Shown here: positions 52,115 through 63,906 of the stretch, in pieces
Layout: each line of letters starts with the position of its first letter
How positions within the stretch are numbered: position 1 is the stretch's first letter
NCBI GenBank assembly: GCA_043228905.1
Contig: JBHGNT010000017.1
Span: 6,324,001-6,388,000 of the forward strand
Source of the DNA: Azolla caroliniana
Taxonomy: Eukaryota > Plantae > Polypodiophyta
DNA: 64,000 bases
Direction: 5' to 3'
Notes under the pieces: model-generated
What the model was told of the DNA's origin: nothing
Database searches by the model: none
What the model saw: the letters and a program-made list of their open reading frames with translations, nothing else
Translations under genes and position numbers: made by a program

Positions 52115-55100
52115 ATAGGAAATTTTGGTTCTCCGACAACGTCCGGGAAAAGAAGCAGGTCGAAGAGCGTTTAAGGGCGTGCAGTGCCCTTAGCTCTGAA
52201 GACGAGATCAGCGGTGCCATGGAGGCAGTCTCTTTCAATGATGCCCTTGGAGAGATCGGGGTGGTAGCTAATGAAGGCTTGAGCGAAGACCGGGTAATTC
52301 TGGTCAATTTCGTGGAAGTGTACGAAGTCATTACGGAGTTCTTGGAGAAAGTCGGGTCGGGGAAGATGGCCCTAGTTGACACCAAATACAAGACTGTGAA
52401 CTGGAAGGTGAGGCCTGTCGTGGCTCCCTTGCTAGAGAGCAGCAAAGAGCGGATGAAAGGGGTCACATCAGACCCAAGTTTGCGGAATCCGGCCGGCATA
52501 GGGCATCGGTTCACCGACGATATGCTACGGGAGCTGAAGATTGGTGGGGGTGGCTTCCTACTGCCTGCGGAAGAGGACCAGTTTCAGAGGATGCTCGGGA
52601 GGCACAGGAAGGCCTTCGCATTCTCACCGGAGGAGATCGGGTGCATCGACCCGACAATCATAGAGCCGATGGTTATCTTCACGATACTGCACGTGTTGTG
52701 GAATCTCAAACCAATTCCGGTACCTAGAGCTCACATCTCGAAGCTGATGAAGCTACTGAAGCAGAAGGTGGAGATGGGCATCCTCGAGCCGTTGAGTGCC
52801 CCATATTCGAATCGGTGGTTTACGGTGTCGAAAAAGATCGGCACATTGCGCTTCATTCAGGACCATCAATGAGTTCGCGGAGGCCTTCACTAGAAGGTCG
52901 ATCTACTCGGTTGGTGATCTATACTCAGGATATGATCAATTCCAACTAGCCATAGAGATTAGGGATATTACAACGATGCGGACCCCTCTCGGCTTAGTGC
53001 GGATGTGTACCGTGCCACAAAGAGGAACCAACTTGGTGGCGCACATGGTGAACGCCATGAACAAAATGTTGAGGGACTGCATCCCGAACATCACCATGCC
53101 AGTTTTGGATGACATCCCGATCAAGGGATGTCCGGTAGAAGAGAAGGATTAATCGGTCGGACCAAACGGATGTCGGATGTTCGTGACAGACCATATCAAC
53201 GACTGCCAGAAGGTGTTATACATGCTCGAAGGTGCATAGCTCACCTTCTCCGGAGAGAAGATGGCTTTCAGGAAATCCGAAATCTTGGTGGTTAGGCACT
53301 TGTGTGGGCTGTATGACCGGAAACTGTCTCCGGCGAAGTTGGAAGCCATCTCCGCGATGAGTGAAGAATGCAAGTCGGTTACAGAGGTTTGGAGATTCCT
53401 GGGGGCGTGCGCATTATACCATATCTGGATTCAGCATTACGCACACGTCGCGGAACCGCTCTATGGGCTGTTGAAGAAGGGCCGCAAATTCAAATGGAAT
53501 GAGCAGCACACGGAATTGGTCTGACGGTTGAAGGAGGTGCTTGCCACGGCACTGGCCCTTCGAAAAGTGGTTTACGGAAAGGATACCCCGGTTTACGTGA
53601 CCGTGGACACGAGCCCGACCGTGATCAGATGGGTGGTCAATCAGGAAGACAAAGACGGCGTAAGGTTCCCCATCCGATTCACAGCGAAAGTATTAAGCGA
53701 GCGGCAGCGAGGATACGCCCAGGTTAAACGTGAACTTTGGGGTATTGTTTCGACAGCCAAAACCGACAAAGACTATTGATCGGGACAGAGGTGGTAATCG
53801 AGACAAGCTGCCTACCTATCCTAGGTATGGTTTCCAGATGCGCGACTTCAGACCTGGCTATGCTCGAGTCAATCGCGTATGTCAAGTCCCTAAACCTGGA
53901 GATCCAACACGTCTCCGGTAAAGACAACGCCATGGCCGTGTGCTTTCAAGAGCATGCTTTGACAACAAAGTCGGCATGGTGTCAGAGGATGAAGAAGTCG
54001 GCGCGGACTTCTTCGAGTCGGCTCACGTAGCAACAAGGGAGGGGAGCACTCCGAGATTGAATGAGTTTAATGAAAACGAGTAGGATGGGGAGTTGCTCCA
54101 GATAGGCAGATTCTTAAGGACATTGGCACCAGACACAGCATGGACGAGGGATGAGGCAAACATGATCAGGAAGAAGGCGTATCGGTTGTTCCTATGGAGT
54201 GGGAGCATATAGAGGCATCCGAAGAAGTGTAACGACATTCCGCTCCACGTAGTGATAAGAAGGGAAGAGCACAAGGCGCTATTATCAACGTACCATGAGA
54301 GCCCTTGGGCTGGTTAGCGTGGAATGTGGCCACGTTTGAGAAGCTGAAGGAAAAATACTGGTGGCCAGGAATGTACCAGGATGCGCATCAATTCGTGACA
54401 ACCTACGAAAGTTGCCAGATGCATTCTGTGATCCAGCACACAAACGAGTTGCACCTGACCTACCCGCCGACCATCCATTTCAAATGGATGGTGGACTTAG
54501 TGACGATGCCAATGGGAGTGGGGCAAATACGGTACCTGGTGCTTGCACGGAAGGACCTGATGAACCAAGTGGAGGGTCGTGCACTGCAGAACAAAACGAC
54601 CGCGACCGTATGCCGGTTCCTAATCAAAGAGGTGGAGTTTGCCAGTATAGATGCGTGGGGAAGATCGTGGCCAACCAGGAAGAACTGGATGCGCAAGAAC
54701 CCGAAGAGCTGTTTGGCCGGTCGGGGGTAAAACTCTCTCTCACTACGGCGTACAATCTGGAGGCCAACAGGAAGGTGGAATGCGGATACGATCCTATCAT
54801 GAAGGCGCTAGTGCGGGTGTGCGAGGGGCAAGTCGGGAATTGGCCACAACTCCTACCTTACACGCTTTGGTTGAACCAAACTACGCACAGTTTGGTGACT
54901 GGGTTTATGCCGACAAAGCTTATGTATGGGCAAAAGCCGATCATGCCAATGGAGTGGACGATCTCTTCATTGGTAGCAATCGACTTGGCAGACGAAATGA
55001 GCCGAAAGGAGCTATTGGCAGCGCGGATTCGCTAACTCGAGTGGAGCCCGGAGGACGTGGAACGCGCAAAGGCGAAATTGTATGCGGCGCGGAAGAAGAA

Positions 55101-55446
55101 GAAGGACCGGTTCGACCGGACACACCGGCTGAGACCAAAGAAGATCGAGAAAAGCAACTGGGTGTTGATTTACAATAGCAACCTCGACAAACAGCATAAG
55201 GCAATGCAGAAATTCGCAAGGAGATGGTTCGCGCCCTACGTTGTGATGAGAGTGAATGACAACGCCACGTACCATCTCGGAGAGCTCGACGGAACACGGA
55301 GGACGGTACCGATTGAGGGAAAACGGATCAAGGCATTCAAGAAACGGTACGAGGACGAGTTGGACCCGGGTTGCGATGATGAGAATGACGACCTGGAAAG
55401 AGCGAACACAGGAGGGAAGGTCGACAAATCGGAGGACAACGAGTGA
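52115..55446 (+). pseudogene. Gypsy K pol (RT, RNase H, integrase), heavily disrupted
   Basis: Motifs GTLRFIQD, GDLYSGYDQF, VLDD, FLGAC, GKDNAMA, KWMVDLVTM and PYVV..NATYHL. Confidence 0.92.
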
Positions 55447-58113
55447 TAAATGGCCGGTTCTTCCTCATATATATATATCGGCACATACCGGTGGACGTGC
55501 GGTTTGGTGGGGGTAGATGTCGTGGGGGAAACCGGTTACAAGAAGAAATGGAGACCATAGTTGTGTGAACCGCAACGTGCATGGATGCACGCAAATGATA
55601 AACTATGCTTGTAAATAACCTAGGACTAGGCTAGGTTGGCATGATGTAGGAAACTTTAATAGGACGAATTGAACACATGAATAAATCTAGGCGAATCTCT
55701 GCCCTCTCTCTCGTTGGTCTATAAAAGCAGGGGGAGAGGACTGAGTTGGGGATCACGCGTTCAGGGAAAAGGAAGTGTTGTTGGACTGGGAACGGAGCAC
55801 CCGCTCTCTGTTGTCTACTTTGTTTTTGTTAGCACCGACGCCTCTGCTCGCGTAGGAAGCCCACGTGCTCCCGTCAGAGGCTCCTGTAGTATCTTGGTGT
55901 GTGGGTGTGTGCGTTGTTCGCTGAGCTCATAGCTCAAACCGGGCTGAGTCTTCCATTCATCTCCTAGTCGAATACGTACGAGGTTATATGCTCCTCGCAA
56001 GTCGATCTTTATGAAGAACCTTGCACCATTGATCCGTTCTAAAAGACTTGAGATAAGGGGGAGTGCATACCTATTCCTGATGGTGACCTTATTCAAACCA
56101 TGGTAATCTACGACAAGACGAAGTGATCCATCCTTTTTCTTGACAAAGAAAATGGGTGCGCCAGTTGGAGATTTGGAATGTCGAATAAAACCGTTTGCCA
56201 AATTCTCCTCTATATAGACTCGAAGGACTTCTAGCTCGGTTGGTGACAAGTTGTAGATCGGGCCCCATGGTGCCTCTTTTCCCGGTTGTAAATCAATGGA
56301 GCAATCATACTGTCAGTGGTGAGGAAGTGTATTGAATTGTACCTTATCGAACAAATCGATATAACGACGATACGTCTCTGGAAGTTGAACTATGGATTCC
56401 TCTTTAGTGGTGTTAGAGAAGGTTTTTACTGATACTGCGAAGACAAACATTCCTTCCTTGCGTCCTTCCTCACGCAATTGGTGTAGAGAAATGGTTGGAG
56501 TCCTATGAGTAGATCCCCGAATTTCTCAGGTGCTAAGACTTGTACTAGAGGAATACTTTTAGTACTAACCATTACTTGATCAAGAGTTGGCTCTGGAATC
56601 TAAGAGTGCTAAGACATGTACTGGAGGAATACTTTTAGTACTAACCATTACTTGATCTAAGAACACATTGCTAACTTGCTTAGAGGAAATGGAATCACTA
56701 ATGGGTTGCACAGATCTAGGGTTGTCCAACCAAAGAGCTCCTATTTTGGCTGGACTTAATCGTTTAACTCTTCTTCTAGTTGACTAAGGATTTCAAATTT
56801 GTTTGAAAGGCTTGGGCTATTAGTACTATTAGGACTATCAAATATTCCTATTGAAATAGACTCGGGGACAGTTCACCGCAACTAGAACTAGCAACTATTT
56901 GGTTTACCTGTCTTCTTGGCCTATGGGGATAGTTCACCGCAATATGCCCTGGTCCACCGCAATAGAGACATAGTCGATTTGCTCGGCGCCGTTGCTTTTC
57001 CTCTTCCGATAATGGTCCGCGACGATGTGTGGTGTCGATTTCCATCGGAGTTGGAGTATTTGCTGGAGACACATTATATGGGGACAGTTCACAGCAATAT
57101 GCCCTAGTCCACCACAATAGAGACATAGTTTATTTGCTCAGCGTCGTTGCTTTTCCTCTTTCGATAATGGTCCGCGACAATGTGTGGTGTCGATTTCCAT
57201 CGGAGTTGGAGTATTTGCTGGAGACACATTATATGACTCCCTTGGAAAAGGTTTTGCTACAATTGAGGCGTAGGTGGGCTCTGATCTTGTACTTGGCATT
57301 TGGAACTAACGTTCCGAACGTCGTTCGAAAAGGCGGTTATGGCACCGCGCAACTAATTGCTTCTGTTAATGATTTTGGCTCTTCGGGGAAAGTTAAGAGT
57401 AAATCCTTGACATCATTACGTAGGCCAAAACGATATTGTTTCATTTATGCCTAATCATCGAAGGGAATATCAGTGGCTTGAAGACGCAAATCCGTGGCAT
57501 AAGCCGAGGTCGGCTGCTCACCTTGGCGCAATCTTCGGATTTTGTTGATTGTCTTCCTAACACTATCAGTATCTCCAAAACAGGCTTTAAACTCGCTAAT
57601 AAAACTCTTAGAAATTATTTAACAAGGGATAGTTTTTTTCTAACGGGGGAGCAAACCATGCCAAAGCCATGCCACTAAGTAGCGTGCCTACTAGTCCCAC
57701 TCGTGATGCATCGGTGGGATATCGAGAAGGATACGTTTGAATCACTAAGCGTACCTGATTAAGAAAACCTCTGAACTGTGATCGGGTCCCATCAAATTTC
57801 ATAGGAAGTCTGATCTTGGGTTCTTTTTTAGTCCCTTGAGCACTTGATCCTTGTTGTTGTAGTGATACAATAGTCGCTTCAAGTTTTTGTACACGTAACG
57901 TCAGCTCCCCGTGTTGTTGTTGTTTTTCTAAAGCTATTTGTTAAAGATCCCCCCACAGACGGTGATTTTCTTGTTCTAATGCTACAAACTTCTCTTTTAA
58001 GCACTGGAGCTCTGAGAAAACAAATTGGTATTCCTAAGCACTAATAGTTGCCATTTTACTATGGAGGATAAGAGGATTAGTATGAAAGAAAGGAGGGGTG
58101 AGAGGATGAGGAA

Positions 58114-58125
58114 AAATTGGTTCAA
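58114..58125 (-). promoter_or_regulatory. Self-priming PBS of Tcn1 element N
   Basis: Minus-strand TTGAACCAATTT just inside the 5' LTR is complementary (11/12) to AAATCGGTTCAA (58316-58305), which lies about 30 nt downstream of the TATA-like box. Confidence 0.7.
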
Positions 58126-59305
58126 ACGGTCAGGAACAGTACTAAGACAGAGAGGGAATTAGTACTAAGAGAGAGAAAAGGGTGTAGAACTCAGAAGAGA
58201 AGGAGAGGGAGAGAGAGGGAGAGAGAGAGAATAATGATAAGAAAAGATATAGTATATTATATTAAGAGTAAGTACAAGAATAAGTATGAGGTTTCAGATT
58301 GGCGTTGAACCGATTTGGTTTGAAACAATGGCTTGTGCCTCCTTTCATAGTGTTTTCAGGAGTACTCTTTAAGTTTCTAGAATGTTCTAGAGATATCTAG
58401 AAATATACATCAATTTTCTATAGTGAAATAATAAATGAAAATAATATCCTTCGTATTACAATATATAGTCTAATGGCAACAGCTCGACCCATGTAACATA
58501 TGGCCATGGGTTTGAATGTTGCCATATCATGACGATCATAAAGTGTTTTCTTTATGTCATATTTACACTTACATGAGTTTAGAACTATTTACAAATATGG
58601 CCATGATAGGCACATGAGAAACATATTTACAAATATGTCCCTAGATCCGGTTCACACCGTATCCATCCAATCCGGCTCCTCCGGTTCTCTTTTGGATCCC
58701 ATCCGAAGGGACTGAATTCCCAACAAGCTCCCCCTTCAGTCCGACATGGGATGTCTTATCAATCTGATCCGTCTCCTGCACAGGTCCAGCTTGTCGGTTG
58801 ACACCACCTTGGGAAGCATGTCCGACCCATTTTCCTTTGTATGGATCTTTGTTAGCAAGAATTCTTTATCTTCTACCTTCTCTCGGAGCCAGTGATATCT
58901 CCTTTCGATGATGTGATTGGTCCGTGAGTGGTAGGCTGCATTCTTCTGCAACCTCGACTGCCACGATACGACTCGCCCTGCATATGTCATGACATATCCA
59001 AATGTGGATTAGATGGTATCTACATTAGCCGACATGTTTGAGTCCGTAAAGCCTTCCAAAACGGGTTTACCGGAGCTGAATCAGAGGCACATCCTCGAGG
59101 TGTCTTTCAAGAACCGGAGTATCCACTTGACCGCGGTCCAGTGCTCCTTTCTTCTCGGAATGCTCATAAACCGATTGACCACTCTGACAACATATCCGAT
59201 ATCCGGTCATGTATACACCATTGCGTACATCAAGCTTCCGACAGCAAAGGCATATGGTATCTTCATCATTTCCGAATTCTCTACCTTTGTCTTCATCATT
59301 TCCGT

Positions 59306-60031
59306 TGTCGTGCTTTTCGGCGCCGGATCGTTTGCGTGAGTCGGGTGGGAACCACTGAGGTTTTGGACTAGGAGAAAAGAAAATTCTAAGGCAATGAAGA
59401 ATATGAAATATGTTGTAAGAAAGAAAGATATGAAAAACTCGTGAATCCCACGAGTATAGTGTATTAGTGAGTACTCAAATTAAGAGAGAAAAATAGTTAG
59501 CAAATTCGTGAATCCCACGATTATATTATATTAATCCACCCTTATAAAATAAGCAACAACCCCCCATACATCTTTCTCTCCTCATATAAGGATGGAAGAG
59601 GCTAAGCATAGCTTCATGCTTTTTCTAATGTGTTCATGCACACTAAATGTGCATGAGTTGCCTTTTTACACTATGCTTTTATTTCCTAAATATAGTGCTC
59701 ATGCTCGCTAGATGTGCACGAGTCATTTTTTATTGGTGTACATTTTTCTTATAAATAAAGTATTCACGCATTCTAAAAAATGCATGACTTACCTTTTAAT
59801 AAAGGTAGGCATAAATAAAGGTCTTATATGTATTAAATCTATATTTAGAACACTTAGGATAAGTTAATATAATGGTGAGGTTGGGGTTTGTTTATGTGGA
59901 GGTATAGGTTTCAAATTTTTCCTTATGCATGTAGTAAATATTTTTAATATTTTATTTTATTTATTATACGTACTTTAAATCGGATATAGTATTTTACATA
60001 TTTCACGTAGTGTGTGATTCACACTACGACA
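59306..60031 (-). mobile_element. Solo LTR of the I/J family
   Basis: TGTCGT...ACGACA, collinear with 30100-30820. The flanks (CCGT/ACGC) do not match and the two sides are unrelated, consistent with inter-element recombination. Confidence 0.88.
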
Positions 60032-60369
60032 ACGCATAAATGGAAGGATAAGGAATATTTTGATTGATTTTAGTACTTTTTCAATGATTTTACAAAACAC
60101 ATTGATACTAGTATCATACATGTTCAAATATACTATGAAAAAGGTTAAAAATCCACCATTTTCATGATTTAGAAATAAATAAAAAAAGAGGAATTCCATA
60201 AAGTTACATTCTCAATTTATATCACAAACTTTACAACCAATGTTATTTTATAAGAAACTTTTTTTTAGAAATCTAAAAAATTCAAAACACGTGCTTTTAT
60301 ATTACTCGATTTGTTACAAGCGGAATGTAATTACACTTAATAGCCAAAAATACATTCATGATCACTCCT

Positions 60370-62175
60370 TTACGAGGAATCACTACTATAACTAATATAA
60401 ATTGACGATTCCTCCTCGTCATCCTTGGATGTACCAATCAATGCATTATCTTTGTCATAAACCAAATGGTTTGACTCTAGTTTATATGTAGCAGATCTCG
60501 TTTGCCTTCGACTCGAGCCACCTTGTAGACCTGGTAATTTTTCTTTTATTATATCTATTGTGGACTTTCTTAATCGTCTGGCTTTTGTAAGCGTGAAGTC
60601 GTACAAGATGATATCCACATCAGAGATATCAAGGGTCGAGGTGTTACAAATGTTTCGCTTCCTCTTCCTACATCCCCTTGTCGTTGGGCATTCAATCATC
60701 TCCAATGTATACTTACCCGTAAAAGCATTTGCACTTCTAGTGTTGTACCAATGAACGTTTATAAACTTTATCGTGTTTTCTATTTCATGCATTAGCACTT
60801 CTAGAATTTTACCAACCCAAAATTAGTGGCCATGTGAGTTCTCATCAGCAAGCGTTGCAATCAACATTCCCGCCGTGAGCTCTTGCAAATTGCCTTGCCA
60901 TCAAGCTTCGACTACTTTGGTCATCCTTGGTCCCACATAAATGTCTCTTTGTTGTAGATGGAACAAACTATCTTTAATCGCATTTGATGGTTGCTCCGGA
61001 GTTTTATTTACACGATCATGTTGTAGCGACCATGTGAATGGCGTTTCCAAATTCCAATTATCCTCAAATACACAATTGTCTATAATTCCTTTCTGATCAC
61101 TAAAAAATACATCCCACCATGACGTGTGTTGTGCAACATATTTCTTTGCGGCCTCAATATGCTTTCTTTTTTCTTCCAAGGCTTGGAGCCATAACTGTTT
61201 TTGTTCCGATACCAAGTCACTATGCAACTTTCCTTTCTTCTCAATTGGCATTTGTTTAGCTCCATGAACAATTGTACTCGGCATACAAAGTAATAACTGG
61301 CAACCACCTTCAGGTTCCCATGTTGTAGAAGATGAATATTGTTTAGCATACAAAAGCGTAGAACCACTTATTTCATTTTCCTTTATCATAAAAATGTGAT
61401 TGAAGCTTATATTGTTTAACTGGGCGAGCACTTTAACATTCCCAACAACCCCATATGATATATATCTCTTAAATTCATATACGTCCTTCAAGTGTAACAC
61501 TTTTGGGTGGTGTATATGCATCACAAATGACATCAAATAGTTTTAGTAATGTGAAGGCATCATGCCGAGACAACTGTCTGGAGAATGTGCTAAACATCTG
61601 ATCTATACATGATCATGTGTGTGGCCAACCAAAAGAAAATTGACTTTCACTTTTCTAAACAATCCTTCATTGACCAACATACTTAGATAGCCAAACACAG
61701 TTGAATTTTTGTTCTCTCTAGCAGTATTGTCCAATTGAATGTATAGAACAGGGGGGAACGGTTGGCCCCAAGACATCAAAACTCGGTGAATCACTATAAC
61801 TGTTAGGTTAGGGTCATTGTGAACATTGGGGTATGTAATGAAGACGTGAGGTCCAACAGACCTATTATAAGCTAAGCATCCCACCAAGTGATTTGAACAA
61901 GGCACTCATCATTGATGTCTTTGGGGAGCCTCAACATATGCGGCAAGCACGTCTTCTTCTGGTCCATGCCATCTATGATTAATCACATGTATTGTTCGGG
62001 CCTCTTCAAACACTTCTCTCTATGATGCATCGCCTTCTTTCGTTCTAATGATCGTGCGTCACGATGCTCATGTAGTAACTTCTTACTCATATCCTTTTCC
62101 ATTGATGTCTTTGCACCTTTAGCCAAACTTTTAAGATTTGCACAAATGGAGCAATACCCCATGCATACTTTACAC
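60370..62175 (-). mobile_element. DDD transposase remnant, Sola1-like by inference
   Basis: Motifs IDGMDQKKTCLP (about 61945-61980), LYIQLDNTARENKN and FLLVGHTHDHV-DQMFS. Fragmented. Confidence 0.65.
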
Positions 62176-62778
62176 TGTCATGGAGAAAACCGCACCTAGG
62201 AGGAATAAAGGGGAGGAGGTGTGACCCAATCCTTTTTGTGTGTGTGTGTGTTTATGAATTGTACATAGCTAGGAATAGATCGGTTGATGTACATATGTAC
62301 TAGGAAGTGTATTAATTGTCTAGGGAATCGATGCATATCTCTGTCCAAAAGGACAGAGAATAAAGTTGATGTGTTTTGATGTAACGGCCTCCTCGTCGAC
62401 CTATAAAAGGGAGGGGAGAAGAAGAAGATAGGTATCGCGTTTTGGCGAGGACGAAGTGTTGTCGGACTAGGGACCGAGCTCTCTCATCCTCAACCGTTGC
62501 TCTCCACTACGTTTCTGTGTTGGTTGCCTCTACTGCGTGTACGCCCCTGTGCTTCCAGCAGAGGCTCCACCGTGCGTTCTCTATGTCGTCCGTGTGTGTG
62601 CGTGGGACCTCCGTTTTGGGTCTGTTGCCGGTTTCCCGGTTGTAATCGTTGTTGACATTGTAATTGAATCTTCTGTTCCCGTCTCTCTCCTTGTGTTTCT
62701 GTGAATTGCTCTCCCTCTTCTTTCTCTCGTTGTATCGAGTTCCTGTTTAAAGTTTGTGTTTTGTACATGAACTCGATA
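62176..62778 (+). repeat. Solo LTR related to the element A/K LTR family
   Basis: Starts TGTCATGGAGAAAACC (element A LTR starts TGTCATGAAGAAAACC). TATAAAAGGGAGGGG...GAAGTGTTGTCGGACT is shared with the K LTR. The 3' end is uncertain. Confidence 0.7.
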
Positions 62779-63319
62779 TGGCGTATCGAGTACCTATATA
62801 AAACCCTCTTTTTAAAAAGGAATATTGGGGTCTTTGGGGGAACTTATTGATGTATGTGTGAAAAGATACCAATTTTATGTCCAATTCAGACTTTTTAGTG
62901 ACATTTGCTACATTTTGTAACATTTAGCGCCCTTATTGAAACAGGTTTTATGTCTTATAATAGCTTAAAATAATAGAAAATAACACACGAATTACCTTTA
63001 TGATACCAAATTCAAACCTATCATATTAAAATTCTCAACAATATGGGATATGGAATCAATATAAACCATACCTACCCTCCAATATGATACATATCCTTGT
63101 AAAATTATTAAGATATATAATATTCGAAGTTGAATAGCCCTTACTAAATTTAAATTCACAATAAAGGTCTATCATGTTCACAGAAACTATGATTGATATT
63201 TAGAGTTTAGCACAAATCGCTTGCTAGTTTTGGTCTTGGTCTGCTTATGTATATTTTAATAGGTAACCTTAATCTAGGGAACCAACTAACTTATATTTTC
63301 GCATGTCTTTTCTTAAATA

Positions 63320-63906
63320 GGTCATTTGAGAGCTTGTCAAACCGACCTGTGAAGAAAATCAAGCTCGGAATTCAGGGCTCTCCAATTGAGACCCAGAAAC
63401 AAATAGTTTCTGAGAACATGAAGAGAGGAAAAGAACTTCTCTTCAACGAGGAGACAAAATCTCAACCATCAGATGGAATTAGCCAAAAGGAAATGTTAGC
63501 TGCTACTGGTAGTGAGGACCTTCCTGATCGTGATCTAATGGACAAGGAATGGTGTATGTAGTACGTCGACTCCAAGAAAAAAGTCGTGTTGTATACGACA
63601 AAGAAGAAGGGCGACGATCAGCTTGAAAATGACACCGCATTAATGTATGGCTGTATTTTACGATTTGACTATGAAGATTAAGATTCAGCCAACATTCTTG
63701 TAATGATAGAGTGCACGAAGGCGGTATATAAAGTGTACCTTTTTGAAGATCGACTAGTAAAGGAATCTTGTGGGCCAGAATCTTCTAAAAAAGATCTACA
63801 AAGCTCACAAAATCTTATTGTCACCTTGAGGCCTTATATACAAGGCCATGTAACTCTAAGGGAGCCTTTTTCCTCCTTGGTGAAGGCCCCCAAAAAGGGC
63901 ATCTAA
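63320..63906 (+). other. Unidentified coding-like remnant, probably transposon-associated
   Basis: Two in-frame ORFs (63247-63561, 63703-63906) are separated by one stop. A possible splice acceptor lies at about 63320. No recognised motif. Confidence 0.3.

Larger units (their letters stand above)
41506..55948 (+). mobile_element. tRNA-Trp-primed Gypsy element K: 5' LTR 41506-42104, gag-PR, RT-RH-IN, truncated 3' LTR 55518-55948; interrupted by L and M
   Basis: LTR pair, PBS 42109-42126, PPT about 55506-55517. ORF fragments are closely similar to element A. Integrase at 54300-55446. Confidence 0.92.
41007..58534 (-). mobile_element. Tcn1-type chromovirus Gypsy element N (LTRs 41007-41450 and 58128-58534), partly deleted, host to element K
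   Basis: LTR pair, PPT 41451-41462, TSD ATCAC/ATCAT. Gag KFDGTRSQFRGFLNQ and CLYCGGPGH; [15 protein letters not shown]...[12 protein letters not shown]...DEWKT (55949-56290). Confidence 0.9.
34576..59305 (-). mobile_element. Copia element P (relative of F): 3' LTR split into 34576-34869, about 40951-41006 and 58535-58725 by LINE O and Tcn1 N; RT/RH remnant 58736-59305
   Basis: The three pieces align in order to the Copia F LTR. PPT at 58726-58737. Motif YAGRVVSWQSRLQK...YHSRTNHI...SDMLPK. Confidence 0.8.

Noticed and set aside
23221-59917. Functional tRNA genes at the A/B-box sites
   Set aside because: Acceptor, anticodon and T stems mostly fail to pair, so they are reported as tRNA-derived promoter motifs only.
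63247-63906. Host gene exon
   Set aside because: It has an in-frame stop, no recognisable domain, and lies among TE remnants. It cannot be supported as a gene.
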